Translations under genes and position numbers: made by a program
NCBI GenBank assembly: GCA_963702475.1
Contig: CAVPCT010000005.1
Location: 256,001 to 320,000, forward strand
DNA: 64,000 nt
Reading direction: 5' to 3'
Source: an uncultured Thermoleophilia bacterium
Lineage (GTDB): Bacteria > Actinomycetota > Thermoleophilia > UBA2241
The notes under the pieces: generated by a model
Seen by the model: the letters and a program-made list of their open reading frames with translations, nothing else
The model's database searches: none
What the model was told of the DNA's origin: nothing
Shown here: positions 49,768-59,718 of the stretch, piece by piece
How positions within the stretch are numbered: the first letter of the stretch is position 1
Layout of the letters: every line of letters begins with the position of its first letter

Positions 49768-50037
49768 ATGAAGGACGACGGCCACATCATCCTCGGTATC
49801 CACGTCACCGAGCGCCTGAAGAACGCCGTAGAGGTGCAGAAGGTGTTCAGCGAGTACGGCTGCAACATCAAGACGCGCATCGGCCTGCACGACGTGGACG
49901 ACAGGGCCTGCTCGCCGAGCGGCGTGGTGCTCATCGAGTTCTTCGGCGCCGCGGCCGAGGCCGACGCCATGACGGCCAAGCTCAACGAGGTCGAGGGCGT
50001 CGAGGTCAAGCAGATGGTGTTCGGGCACGACGCCTGA
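49768..50037 (+). CDS. TM1266-family iron-only hydrogenase system ACT-like protein
   Basis: R..NAVEVQKVFSEYGCNIKTRIGLH; position within the maturation operon. Confidence 0.75.
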   Translation: MKDDGHIILGIHVTERLKNAVEVQKVFSEYGCNIKTRIGLHDVDDRACSPSGVVLIEFFGAAAEADAMTAKLNEVEGVEVKQMVFGHDA

Positions 50038-50059
50038 GCAGACGGGAGGTCGGGGCACG

Positions 50060-51490
50060 GTGAACGGCGAGACGCGCATCGAGCACGACCTGCTCGGCGA
50101 GGTGGCCGTGCCGGCGCAGAGCCTGCACGGCGCCCACACCGAACGGGCGCTCGAGAACTTCCCGCTCGCCGGTGAGCCGGTGCACGGCGAGCTGGCGCGC
50201 GCCTTCGGCGCGGTCAAGCTCGCCTGCGCGCTCACCAACCGCGCCCTGGGCGCGTGGGCCGGCGACGACGCCAAGGCCGACGCCATCGAGCGCGCCTGCC
50301 GCGAGCTCGCCGACGGCCGGCTCGCGGCCGAGATCGTGGTCGACCGCCTGCAGGGCGGCGCCGGCACCAGCACCAACATGAACGTCAACGAGGTGCTGGC
50401 CAACCGCGCCCTGCACCTCCTCGGCGAGACGCCCGGCTCGTACGAGCGCGTCTCCCCCGCCGACGACATCAACCTGCACCAGAGCACGAACGACACCTAC
50501 CCGACCGCCCTGCGCCTTGCGGCCATCGAGCTGCTCCACGGGCTCGAGGAGCAGGTCGTGGCTCTCCAGGAGGCGTTCCAGGCCAAAGAGCAGGAGCTCG
50601 CCCACGTCGTCAAGGTCGGGCGCACGCAGTACCAGGACGCGGTGCTCACCACACTGGGCCGCGAGATGGGCGCCTACGCCGAGGCGCTGAACCGCGACCG
50701 CTGGCGCATCTACAAGTGCGAAGAGCGCCTCAGGGTCGTCAACCTCGGGGGCACGGCCATCGGCACCGGCTTCGCCGCCCCACGGCAGTACATCTTCCGC
50801 GTGGTCGACACGCTGCGCGAGCTCACGAGCGTCGGCTTCGCGCGCGCCGAGAACCTCATCGAGGCCACGCAGAACACCGACGTGTTCGTTGAGGTCTCCG
50901 GCATCCTCAAGGCGCACGCCATGACGCTGCTCAAGATCTGCGGCGACCTGCGATTGCTCAGCTCCGGGCCTGAGGCCGGGCTCGGTGAGATCCGCCTGCC
51001 GCGGCGGCAGGCGGGCTCGAGCATCATGCCCGGCAAGGTGAACCCGGTGATTCCCGAGGCCGTGAGCCAGGCGGCGCTCCTGGTGGCCGGCTACGACGCC
51101 ACCATCGCCGCCGCCTGCGGCCTCGGCAGCCTGGAGCTCAACGCCTTCTTGCCGCTCATCGCCGACTGCCTGCTGCAGAGCCTCTCGCTGCTGGCTCACA
51201 GCTGCGAGATCCTGCGGCGCTCCTGCGTGGAGGGCCTCGAGGCCGACGAGGAACGCTGCGCCGCGCACGTGCGCGCCTCCAGCGCGGCGGCCACCGCCCT
51301 GGTGCCGGAGATCGGCTACGAGGCGGCATCCGAGGTCGCTCGCGAGGCCGAGGAGACGGGCACGACGATCCGCGAGGTGGCTCTGGCGCGCGGCCTGCTC
51401 ACGGCCGAGACGTACGACGAGTTGCTCTCAGCCGAGGCCGTCTGCCGCCTCGGCACTCCACAGACGCGCGGCATCTCGGCGGAGACATGA
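50060..51490 (+). CDS. aspA: Aspartate ammonia-lyase
   Basis: QGGAGTSTNMNVNE, QSTND, KVGRTQYQDA, GSSIMPGKVNP. Confidence 0.9.
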   Translation: MNGETRIEHDLLGEVAVPAQSLHGAHTERALENFPLAGEPVHGELARAFGAVKLACALTNRALGAWAGDDAKADAIERACRELADGRLAAEIVVDRLQGGAGTSTNMNVNEVLANRALHLLGETPGSYERVSPADDINLHQSTNDTYPTALRLAAIELLHGLEEQVVALQEAFQAKEQELAHVVKVGRTQYQDAVLTTLGREMGAYAEALNRDRWRIYKCEERLRVVNLGGTAIGTGFAAPRQYIFRVVDTLRELTSVGFARAENLIEATQNTDVFVEVSGILKAHAMTLLKICGDLRLLSSGPEAGLGEIRLPRRQAGSSIMPGKVNPVIPEAVSQAALLVAGYDATIAAACGLGSLELNAFLPLIADCLLQSLSLLAHSCEILRRSCVEGLEADEERCAAHVRASSAAATALVPEIGYEAASEVAREAEETGTTIREVALARGLLTAETYDELLSAEAVCRLGTPQTRGISAET

Positions 51491-51560
51491 CGGGCGCGCG
51501 GGCGACAGGCAAGGGGGCGGCCGGGCGAGACCCGTCCGCGCGGACGACGGAGGTGGCCGC

Positions 51561-52868
51561 ATGGGCCTGATGGACGCACCGAAAGGCATGCGGCTTCACG
51601 TGGGCATCTTCGGCCGCCGCAACGTCGGCAAGTCGAGCCTGCTCAACGCCATCACGCGACAGGAGGTCAGCATCGTCAGCGACTTCGCCGGCACCACGAC
51701 CGACCCTGTCGAGAAGCCCATGGAGCTGCTGCCGCTCGGCCCGGTGCTGTTCATCGACACCGCGGGCATCGACGACGTCGGCGTGCTCGGCGAGCTGCGG
51801 GCGAAGAAGACGACGCAGGTGTTCGACCGCACCGACCTGGGCGTGCTGGTCACGGAGGCCGGCAGCTGGGGCGAGTACGAGGACGGCATCCTCGACGAGT
51901 TCCTCGAGCGCAAGACCCCGGTCGTCGTGGTGTTCAACAAGAGCGACCTGGTGAGCCGGCCGGCGCCTGTGCCCCGCCTGGAGGCGCTCAAGATCAAGCC
52001 GGTGATGACGGCCGCCAGCGAGGGCCGCGGCGTGCTGGACTTCCGCCAGGCGCTGCTGGACGCGGCGCCGCCCGACTTCATCGACAACCCCACCATCCTC
52101 GGCGACCTCGTGAACACCGGCGAGCTCGCCGTGCTGGTGGTGCCCATCGACAAGGAGGCGCCGCGCGGTCGCCTCATCCTGCCGCAGGTGCAGAGCATCC
52201 GCGACCTCATGGACAGCGACGCGATGGCGCTCGTGGTGAAGGAGCGGGAGCTCCGCAACGCCATCGAGCGTCTCAACCGGCCGCCGCGGCTGGTGGTCAC
52301 CGACTCGCAGGCCTTTCTCAAGGTCGCCGCCGACACGCCGCCGGACGTGCCCATGACCAGCTTCAGCATCCTGTTCAGCCGCTTCAAGGGTGACCTGGTC
52401 AGCCAGGTCGAGGGCACGCTCGCCGTCGACGACCTCAGGAGCGGGGCCAACATCCTCATCGCCGAGGCCTGCAGTCACCATCCCATCGCCGAGGACATCG
52501 GCCGCGTCAAGATCCCCCGCTGGCTCACGCAGTACGTGGGCGGCAAGCTCAACATCGAGCACATGCAGGGTCACGACTTTCCCGAGGACCTCTCGCGCTG
52601 GGACCTCGTCGTGCACTGCGGCGGCTGCACCTTCAACCGCCGCGCGATGCTGGGGCGCATCATGCGCTGCCGGCAGCAGGGCGTGCCGATCACCAACTAC
52701 GGCCTGGTGATCGCCTTCAGCCTGGGCATCTTCGACCGCGCCCTGCAGCCGTTCCCGGCCGCGCTCGAGGCCTTGCGCGCGGCGCGGGCCAAGCGGGCCG
52801 GCCACCCGCCGGCGGAGCCGGTCACGGCCGGCCTGCCCGCGAACGCCGCCGTCGACGACCTGTGCTGA
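51561..52868 (+). CDS. hydF: H-cluster maturation GTPase HydF
   Basis: GRRNVGKSS, DTAG, NKSD, EACSHH, HCGGC. Confidence 0.96.
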   Translation: MGLMDAPKGMRLHVGIFGRRNVGKSSLLNAITRQEVSIVSDFAGTTTDPVEKPMELLPLGPVLFIDTAGIDDVGVLGELRAKKTTQVFDRTDLGVLVTEAGSWGEYEDGILDEFLERKTPVVVVFNKSDLVSRPAPVPRLEALKIKPVMTAASEGRGVLDFRQALLDAAPPDFIDNPTILGDLVNTGELAVLVVPIDKEAPRGRLILPQVQSIRDLMDSDAMALVVKERELRNAIERLNRPPRLVVTDSQAFLKVAADTPPDVPMTSFSILFSRFKGDLVSQVEGTLAVDDLRSGANILIAEACSHHPIAEDIGRVKIPRWLTQYVGGKLNIEHMQGHDFPEDLSRWDLVVHCGGCTFNRRAMLGRIMRCRQQGVPITNYGLVIAFSLGIFDRALQPFPAALEALRAARAKRAGHPPAEPVTAGLPANAAVDDLC

Positions 52869-52917
52869 TCGCCGCCTCCGCACGCGCGGGCGGCGCCCGT
52901 CACGGGACGGGCGGCCG

Positions 52918-54018
52918 ATGAGCGCCGCCTCTCCCCCGCCCCTGGGCGTCGCCGACACGCTGACGCGCGAAGCCATCGAGCACTGGCTGCGCGAGGAGGA
53001 TGAGACGCAGCTCGAGATCCTGTGGGCCGCGGCGGACGAGACGCGGCGCCGCTACGTCGGCGACGCGGTCCACCTCCGCGGCCTCATCGAGCTCAGCAAC
53101 TACTGCGTGCGCGGCTGCACCTACTGCGGCATCCGCGCCGCCAACCGCGGCGTCGAGCGCTACCGCGTCTCCGAGGCCGTCGCGCTCGCCTGCGCTCGCC
53201 GCGCCGTCGACTTCGGCTACGGCACCCTCGTCATGCAGGCCGGCGAGGACTACGGCATCGAGACGGAGTGGCTGAGCCGCGTGCTCCGCCGCATCCGCGG
53301 CGAGACCTCCATCGCCGCCATCACGCTCAGCCTCGGCGAGCGTCCGGATGAGGACCTCGCCGCCTGGCGAGAGGCCGGCGCCGATCGCTACCTCCTGCGC
53401 TTCGAGACCTCCGACGCCGAGCTGTACCACCGCATCCACCCCGACCTGCCGGGACGCATCAGCGACCGCCTCGCCATCCTGCGCCGCCTGCACGAGCTCG
53501 GCTACGAGGCGGGGACGGGCATCATGGTCGGTATCCCCGGGCAGACGTGCCGCAGCATCGCCGACGACATCGAGTTGTTCCGCGGCTTCGACATGGACAT
53601 GATCGGCCTGGGGCCCTACCTGCCCCACCCGGCCACCCCCCTGGGGCAGGAGTTCGAACGGCGGCAGGCCGCAGGCGACTGGCCGCCGGACCAGGCGCCC
53701 AACAGCGAGCTCATGACCTGCAAGGTGCTCGCCCTCACGCGCCTCGCGCGACCCGACGCCAACCTGCCGGCCACCACGGCCCTGTCGCTCGCCGACAAGG
53801 CGGCGGGCCGCGCCCACGGCCTGCAACGCGGCGCCAACGTGGTGATGCCGAACCTCACGCCGGTCGAGGAGCGCCAGAAGTACGAGATCTACCCGGAGAA
53901 GGCGGCCGTGCACGAGACGGCCGAGGCGATCAACGCGAGCCTGATGGCGTTGCTGGACCAGCTCGGCAGGACGGTGGGCGCGGGCGCCGGCGGGCGTGGC
54001 GCCGTGCCCGGCGCCTGA
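52918..54018 (+). CDS. hydE: H-cluster radical SAM maturase HydE
   Basis: RGLIELSNYCVRGCTYC, YLLRFET, PATTA, GANVVMPN, YEIYP. Confidence 0.95.
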   Translation: MSAASPPPLGVADTLTREAIEHWLREEDETQLEILWAAADETRRRYVGDAVHLRGLIELSNYCVRGCTYCGIRAANRGVERYRVSEAVALACARRAVDFGYGTLVMQAGEDYGIETEWLSRVLRRIRGETSIAAITLSLGERPDEDLAAWREAGADRYLLRFETSDAELYHRIHPDLPGRISDRLAILRRLHELGYEAGTGIMVGIPGQTCRSIADDIELFRGFDMDMIGLGPYLPHPATPLGQEFERRQAAGDWPPDQAPNSELMTCKVLALTRLARPDANLPATTALSLADKAAGRAHGLQRGANVVMPNLTPVEERQKYEIYPEKAAVHETAEAINASLMALLDQLGRTVGAGAGGRGAVPGA

Positions 54019-54118
54019 GCGGCGACGTGTGCGCGTGTGTCCGCACCGGACACGCGCCACGAGGGTCCGGTGACCGGTAGCGTGCCCGGCCCGCTTCGGG
54101 TAGAATCCGTCTCCGCGT

Positions 54119-54195
<77 letters not shown>

Positions 54196-54290
54196 GTCTT
54201 CTTCTCCCTCGTCGCCCGGCGGCATGGCGGCGCGCCGCGATGTGACGACCGCCACCGGTCATCGGCGGCGCCACGGCACGACGACCTGCC

Positions 54291-54566
54291 TCACTCGGTG
54301 AGGCTCTCCTCGTCGTCCAGGAGCCTCGCGAACGCGTCCGGGTTGTAGCCCACGATGAACTCGTCGCCGATCTTGACGAAGGGGAAGGCGGCGGCGCCCC
54401 TGCCGAGCATCTCGTCGCGGATGCGCTCCTGCTCGTGCGCGTCGGCGAGGTCGTAGTCCACGTACAGGTACTTCACGCCGCGCTCGTCGAGGAATGCCCG
54501 GGCCGATCGCGACCACGGACACGTGCTCAGGGAGTATAGCTCCACCGTCTTGATCTGCTCGGTCAT
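54291..54566 (-). CDS. Glutaredoxin/NrdH-like protein, monothiol CPWS
   Basis: LYSLSTCPWS, cis-Pro motif FPFVKIG..IVGY. Confidence 0.85.
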   Translation of the reverse strand: MTEQIKTVELYSLSTCPWSRSARAFLDERGVKYLYVDYDLADAHEQERIRDEMLGRGAAAFPFVKIGDEFIVGYNPDAFARLLDDEESLTE

Positions 54567-54588
54567 CTCGCCCTCCGTGGCGCAGGGA

Positions 54589-54846
54589 TCAAGCGGCCTT
54601 GAGGAGCCGCTCGAACGTCCCAGGGTCGTAGCCCTTGACCACGTGCCTGCCGATCTTCACGAAGGGGAACCCGTCGGCGCCGTGGCGGCGCATCTCCGCG
54701 GAGATCTTGCCCTGCAGGTCGGGGCCTGCCATATCGTACTCGATGACGAAGGCGTCCACGCCACGCTGCTTGAAGAACGCCTTGGTCTTCTTGCTCCACC
54801 CACAGGTGGTGAGCGAGTAGATGGTGACGGGGGGGTGCTTGGCCAT
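54589..54846 (-). CDS. Glutaredoxin/NrdH-like protein, monothiol CGWS
   Basis: IYSLTTCGWS, FPFVKIG..VKGY; GGAGGAG RBS before ATG 54846. Confidence 0.85.
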   Translation of the reverse strand: MAKHPPVTIYSLTTCGWSKKTKAFFKQRGVDAFVIEYDMAGPDLQGKISAEMRRHGADGFPFVKIGRHVVKGYDPGTFERLLKAA

Positions 54847-55056
54847 GCTGCTCCTCCGCGCGCCGCTGCCGGTTCCAGTGTGCATATACCCCGCCGTACA
54901 CTGTGCGCACTGCGACCTCGTCGCCGGAACCCGAAGGCGGGGGTCCGGCGAGGTCCAGACGGGGCGGAAGCGGGCGAGGCGACCGGCGGAGCGGCCGGGC
55001 ACGGTACCGGGCGACCGGCGGGAGTGGGACCCTGGGCACGACAGAAGGGTGGACTG

Positions 55057-56622
55057 GTGACGGAGCGGAGCGGACGCGTGGTGTTGCTGTGGCTGCGCCG
55101 CGATCTGCGGCTGACGGACAACGCCGCGCTGGGGGAGGCGGCCCGGGCCGCAGGCGCTGAGGGCCGCCTGCTTCCCGTCTTCGTCTGGGAGCCGCGGGAG
55201 CGGCGGCGCTGGGCGCCGGGCGCGGCGGCGCGCTGGTGGCTGGCGCGATCCCTGGCGGCGCTGGACGAAGACCTGCGACGTCGCGGTTCGCGGCTTGCGA
55301 CGTACACCGGCGATCCAACAGTGCTCGTCCCGGCGCTGGCCGCCACCACCGGTGCCGCCACTGTCGTCTGGGCCGCCGGCCTCGAGCCCGACGAGCACGC
55401 GGATGACATGGCGGTCGAACGCGCGCTGCGGAGCGCCGCCGTCGAACCCGTGCTCCTGCCTTCCGGCAACCTGCTCCTCGATCCGGCCGGCCCGCTGACC
55501 CGCGACGGTCGCCCGTACACGGTCTTCACGCCGTACTGGCGAGCGTGCCTGGGACGGCTGGAGGGGCCCGGGAGCCGCACGCCGCCACGGCCGGCGGCCG
55601 GCCCTCACGGCACAGCCGGCGCCTCCCTGCCGCCCGCGCCCGAACCGCCGACGGGGCCCTCGCCGGTCGGCGTACGCGCGCTTCTCGCCGAGACCGGCCA
55701 CGCTTGGGCCTCCCGCTTCGGCGAGGGGTGGCGACCCGGCGAGCCCGGGGCCCACGCCGCCCTTGCCGCCTTTCTCGACGACCGCCTCGCCGGGTACGCG
55801 ACCGACCGTGACCTCGTCGCCGAGACCGGCACGTCGCGCCTCTCGCCGCACCTGCACTGGGGCGAGCTCAGCGCGCGGCAGGTGTGGGACGGCGTGGCCG
55901 GCCGCCTTGCGGAGGCCGGCCTTGCGGTGGAGGCGGCCGTGGCCCCGGCAGGGCGCGACGAAGCGCACGCACCCGGCCTCAGCCGCTCGGCGGGAGCGTT
56001 CCTGCGGCAGCTCGGCTGGCGCGAGTTCGGCCATCATCTGCTTCATCACTTCCCCGAGACCCCCGAGCGTCCGCTGCACGAGAAGTTCGAGCTGTTCCCG
56101 TGGCGGGAGGATGCAGCCGCGCTCGACGCCTGGCGGCGCGGCCTGACCGGCTACCCGCTGGTCGACGCCGGCATGCGCGAGCTGTGGGCCACCGGCTGGA
56201 TGCACAACAGGGCCCGTCTCGTGACGGCGTCGTTCCTGGTCAAACACCTGCTGCTGCCCTGGCGCACGGGCGAGGAGTGGTTCTGGGACACTCTCGTGGA
56301 CGCCGACGTGGCCGGCAACGCCCTCGGCTGGCAGTGGGTGGCCGGGTCCGGGGCGGACGCGGCCCCGTACTTCCGCGTCTTCAACCCCGTGACCCAGGCC
56401 CGCCGGTACGACCCGGATGGGGCCTACCTGCGACGCTGGGTGCCGGAGCTGGCTGGGCTCGAGACCACCGCCATCCACGGGCCGTGGCTCGCCGGACCGC
56501 TCTCCCTGGCGGCCGGAGGCGTCGAACTCGGCACGACGTACCCAGGCCCACTCGTGGAGCACGGCAAGGCCCGCGCCCGCGCGCTCGCCGCGTACGACGT
56601 GATGCGTCACACCTCGTGTTGA
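55057..56622 (+). CDS. phrB: Deoxyribodipyrimidine photolyase (CPD class I/III)
   Basis: WLRRDLRLTDN, TSRLSPHLHWG, TGYPLVDAGMR, WMHNRAR, WQWVAG, PYFRVFNP. Confidence 0.92.
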   Translation: MTERSGRVVLLWLRRDLRLTDNAALGEAARAAGAEGRLLPVFVWEPRERRRWAPGAAARWWLARSLAALDEDLRRRGSRLATYTGDPTVLVPALAATTGAATVVWAAGLEPDEHADDMAVERALRSAAVEPVLLPSGNLLLDPAGPLTRDGRPYTVFTPYWRACLGRLEGPGSRTPPRPAAGPHGTAGASLPPAPEPPTGPSPVGVRALLAETGHAWASRFGEGWRPGEPGAHAALAAFLDDRLAGYATDRDLVAETGTSRLSPHLHWGELSARQVWDGVAGRLAEAGLAVEAAVAPAGRDEAHAPGLSRSAGAFLRQLGWREFGHHLLHHFPETPERPLHEKFELFPWREDAAALDAWRRGLTGYPLVDAGMRELWATGWMHNRARLVTASFLVKHLLLPWRTGEEWFWDTLVDADVAGNALGWQWVAGSGADAAPYFRVFNPVTQARRYDPDGAYLRRWVPELAGLETTAIHGPWLAGPLSLAAGGVELGTTYPGPLVEHGKARARALAAYDVMRHTSC

Positions 56623-56727
56623 CGGTGCGGTCGTCCACGGCCGGGCGGCGATCAGGATAGGGGCAGCCGAGCCTGCAGGGACGACGCCGGTCGAAAGGGA
56701 GCGTCCCTGCCGCGCCCCCCAAGTCGC

Positions 56728-58543
56728 TCAGAACGACCGCGTCGGGCAGACCGCCGCCTCAGAGCCCTTCGTCTCGGTGTCGTGGGTTCCATCGTTGATG
56801 CACACGATGACTGCGGTCGACGACCGGTCCTCCGTGGACGACCAGTAGAAGACGCCCGCCGGGAAGACGTCGAACATCGCGCTGTATTCGGCGACCTTTT
56901 CGAGTTCCACCCGGCTCGGCAGGTACCAGTCGTCGTAGCCTCCGGCCGAGTAGGCCTCGCACTCCACGGCGGCTCCTCCCGAGCATCCCGGCTGGCCGAC
57001 GATAGCGGCGGTGTTGGCAGCGCCGGTCCCCAGACCCGAGCCGGTCGTGCCGACGGCCCGGGACGTGACAGTACTCCACGAGGCGTCAGGAAGGTCGACC
57101 TCGGCGACGATCAACCCGTGCGTCTCCCCTGCCACGTAGCCGCGATCGCCCGGCCGCAGGACGTAGGCGACGAACCCCCCCTGGTAGGAATCACCGATCT
57201 TCACAGGGCCGCCGCCGCTCAGCGAGACCGTGACGACGTAGTCCGCGGTCGAGGCGTCGGCGGCGGTGACGCGGTACGTCACCGGGTTCGTGAAGTCGTT
57301 CGTGGTGACGCCGCTCGTCTGGGGCACGCCGCCGACGCTCACCGACGCACCCGTCGTGGCGAACGTCGCCACGAGGTGCGCGCGGTCGGTCCCCGAAGGC
57401 ACGGTGACGGCGATGGTGTGCGCCGTCTCGTCGATCGTGCCGACGGCGGCCGGGCTGAGGCCCTGGAAGCTGAAGGCGGTGATGGCCTTGGCGGTGGAGG
57501 GGCCGCCCGCTCAGCGAGACCGTGACGACGTAGTCCGCGGTCGAGGCGTCGGCGGCGGTGACGCGGTACGTCACCGGGTTCGTGAAGTCGTTCGTGGTGA
57601 CGCCGCTCGTCTGGGGCACGCCGCCGACGCTCACCGACGCACCCGTCGTGGCGAACGTCGCCACGAGGTGCGCGCGGTCGGTCCCCGAAGGCACGGTGAC
57701 GGCGATGGTGTGCGCCGTCTCGTCGATCGTGCCGACGGCGGCCGGGCTGAGGCCCTGGAAGCTGAAGGCGGTGATGGCCTTGGCGGTGGAGGGGCCGCCG
57801 CTCAGCGAGACCGTGACGACGTAGTCCGCGGTCGAGGCGTCGGCGGCGGTGACGCGGTACGTCACCGGGTTCGTGAAGTCGTTCGTGGTGACGCCGCTCG
57901 TCTGGGGCACGCCGCCGACGCTCACCGACGCACCCGTCGTGGCGAACGTCGCCACGAGGTGCGCGCGGTCGGTCCCCGAAGGCACGGTGACGGCGATGGT
58001 GTGCGCCGTCTCGTCGATCGTGCCGACGGCGGCCGGGCTGAGGCCCTGGAAGCTGAAGGCGGTGATGGCCTTGGCGGTGGAGGGGAGGACGATACGGAAC
58101 CTCTGCGAGAGGCTGTAACGCCCCGGCCTGCCGTGGCGCAGGCCGCGTACTCGCCACGTGAGGTCCACGCCTGCCGGCAGCGGCACGCGGCTGGTCCAGG
58201 TGAGCTTGTGGATGCCCCTCTTCGTGAGGATGCGGTGGGACCCTTGGTGGATGACGAGCTCGTACCCCGTCGCATCCCGCGCGCGCGTCCACGAGAACTC
58301 GGGCATGGCGGAAGTCACGATGCCCGTCGGGTTCAGCGCCGCCGGCCGTCCGGGTCTGACACCCTTGCCGTCAGGCTCGGCGGCGGCACGCGGGTGAGCG
58401 GCGACCGGCGTGGCGCTTGTAACGGGCACCGCCCACAAGAACAGGAACAGGACGGCGGCCGTGGCCGTCAGGGCGCGACGGGTGGCCGACGTCCGCGTCG
58501 TGGCCGTGTGCGTCACCGCGGCGGCTGCAAGCCGTGCGTCCAT
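56728..58543 (-). CDS. Secreted protein with three identical 97-aa Ig/cadherin-like repeats and a C-terminal DUF1566-like domain; apparent frameshift near 57507
   Basis: Signal peptide; repeats STAKAITAFSF...YVVTV; C-terminal GYDDWYLPSRVEL..YWSST; one extra C at a repeat junction splits the ORF. Confidence 0.75.
57212..58085. repeat. Three near-identical tandem ~291-bp repeats
   Basis: CTCAGCGAGACC anchor at 57218, 57510 and 57801 (spacings 292 and 291). Confidence 0.95.
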
Positions 58544-58659
58544 GACACCTCCCTCTTTGTCGACCGAGTGGAGTGGCACCCCACTCCCCGGCACTGCGCC
58601 GACATGCCATCCGAACTGTTCGACGTTCCCAACGGCCGACCTTGCGCCACACACGCAGA

Positions 58660-59193
58660 CATGGTGACGATCGGCCGCCCAAGCCCTTGTGTGTCCGGCC
58701 CCGGACCAGCGCGGTAGAGTCCTCTCCGTGCCCCAACGGCTACTCGTGCGACAGGCACGCGTGCACAAGGAAGGGGTGCCACGGCCACGTCCGAGAGACC
58801 CGTGGTCGTGGGGATCGACGTCGCCGAATAGGCACGCCCGCCAAGAGCGATGGCCTCGATGCCGGCGTGCGCACGGAGAGCGCCGCCGCGCTCGGGGCGC
58901 TCGTCGGGGTGGCGCCTTTCGCGCGAGAGTCGGGCGTCTGGCGGGCCCGCCGGCGCATCGCCGGCGGGCCGGCGCCGCTGCGCCGCACGCTCCACGTGGT
59001 GACGCTCACGGTGCCGCGCCTCAACCCGGTCATCCACGCCTTCTATGAGCGCCTGCTCGCGGCCGGCAAGCTCGAAAAGGTCGCCCTCGTGGCCTGCATG
59101 CGCAAGCCACTCACGGTTTTTCGACGCGATGGTCCGTGACGGCCGCCGTCTCACTCCGCAGCTTGTCCACGCCTGCCGTCCAGGACGGTTGCT
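58660..59193 (+). mobile_element. Internally deleted IS110-family element (left boundary approximate)
   Basis: VVVGIDVA (58802) N-terminal motif joined directly to C-terminal ALVGVAP..ESG.W...NP.I..FY.RL...GK..KVALVACMRK; ends in CAGGACGGTTGCT. Confidence 0.8.
58781..59160 (+). pseudogene. IS110 transposase pseudogene
   Basis: ACG where a start is expected after the RBS, TAG at 58829, large internal deletion, frameshift in a T-run near 59118 before DAMVRDG. Confidence 0.8.
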
Positions 59194-59675
59194 CAGTCCA
59201 GCGCCAGGATCTCCGGCGCGAGCGGCTCGCTCATCCAGACCCTCGCACAGGTACGCGGCCGGCCGAAGCGCGCGTGGCCGGCCGAGCCCGGGTTCAGGAA
59301 GAGGGTCCGCCCCCGCCACTCGACCTTGGCGATGTGGGTGTGGCCGGTGACGACCAGATCGAAGCCCTCCGTGACCGGGTCGTGCCTGCCCATGAGGCTC
59401 TTGCCGATGTGGCACACGATGAGGCGGCGGCCGGCGACGGCGACCTGCGCCTCCCACGGGAGATCGATCTCGGTTGCGCCCGGAAGGTCGGTGTTGCCGG
59501 CGACCACCGTGAGGGGCGCGAGGGCACGCAGGCGCGAGAGGACGCCCGAGCCGACGTCGCCGGCGTGGACGATGTGCACGGCGCCGGCGAAGACCCCGTC
59601 GAGCTGCGGGTCGTAGTAGCCGTGCGTGTCGCTCACGACACCGATGAACGGCTGCTGTCCGGGGGGAGAGTCCAC
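59193..59675 (-). CDS. YfcE-family metallophosphoesterase
   Basis: SDTHG, HAGD, GNTD, GHTH, NPGS. Confidence 0.9.
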   Translation of the reverse strand: MDSPPGQQPFIGVVSDTHGYYDPQLDGVFAGAVHIVHAGDVGSGVLSRLRALAPLTVVAGNTDLPGATEIDLPWEAQVAVAGRRLIVCHIGKSLMGRHDPVTEGFDLVVTGHTHIAKVEWRGRTLFLNPGSAGHARFGRPRTCARVWMSEPLAPEILALD

Positions 59676-59718
59676 GCCGGTAGGATACAGGAGGCACGGG
59701 CGGCTCGAGGAGGACGCG

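Noticed and set aside
56728-57200. DUF1566-like domain as a diversity-generating retroelement target
   Set aside because: No reverse transcriptase or adenine-variant template repeat seen in the window
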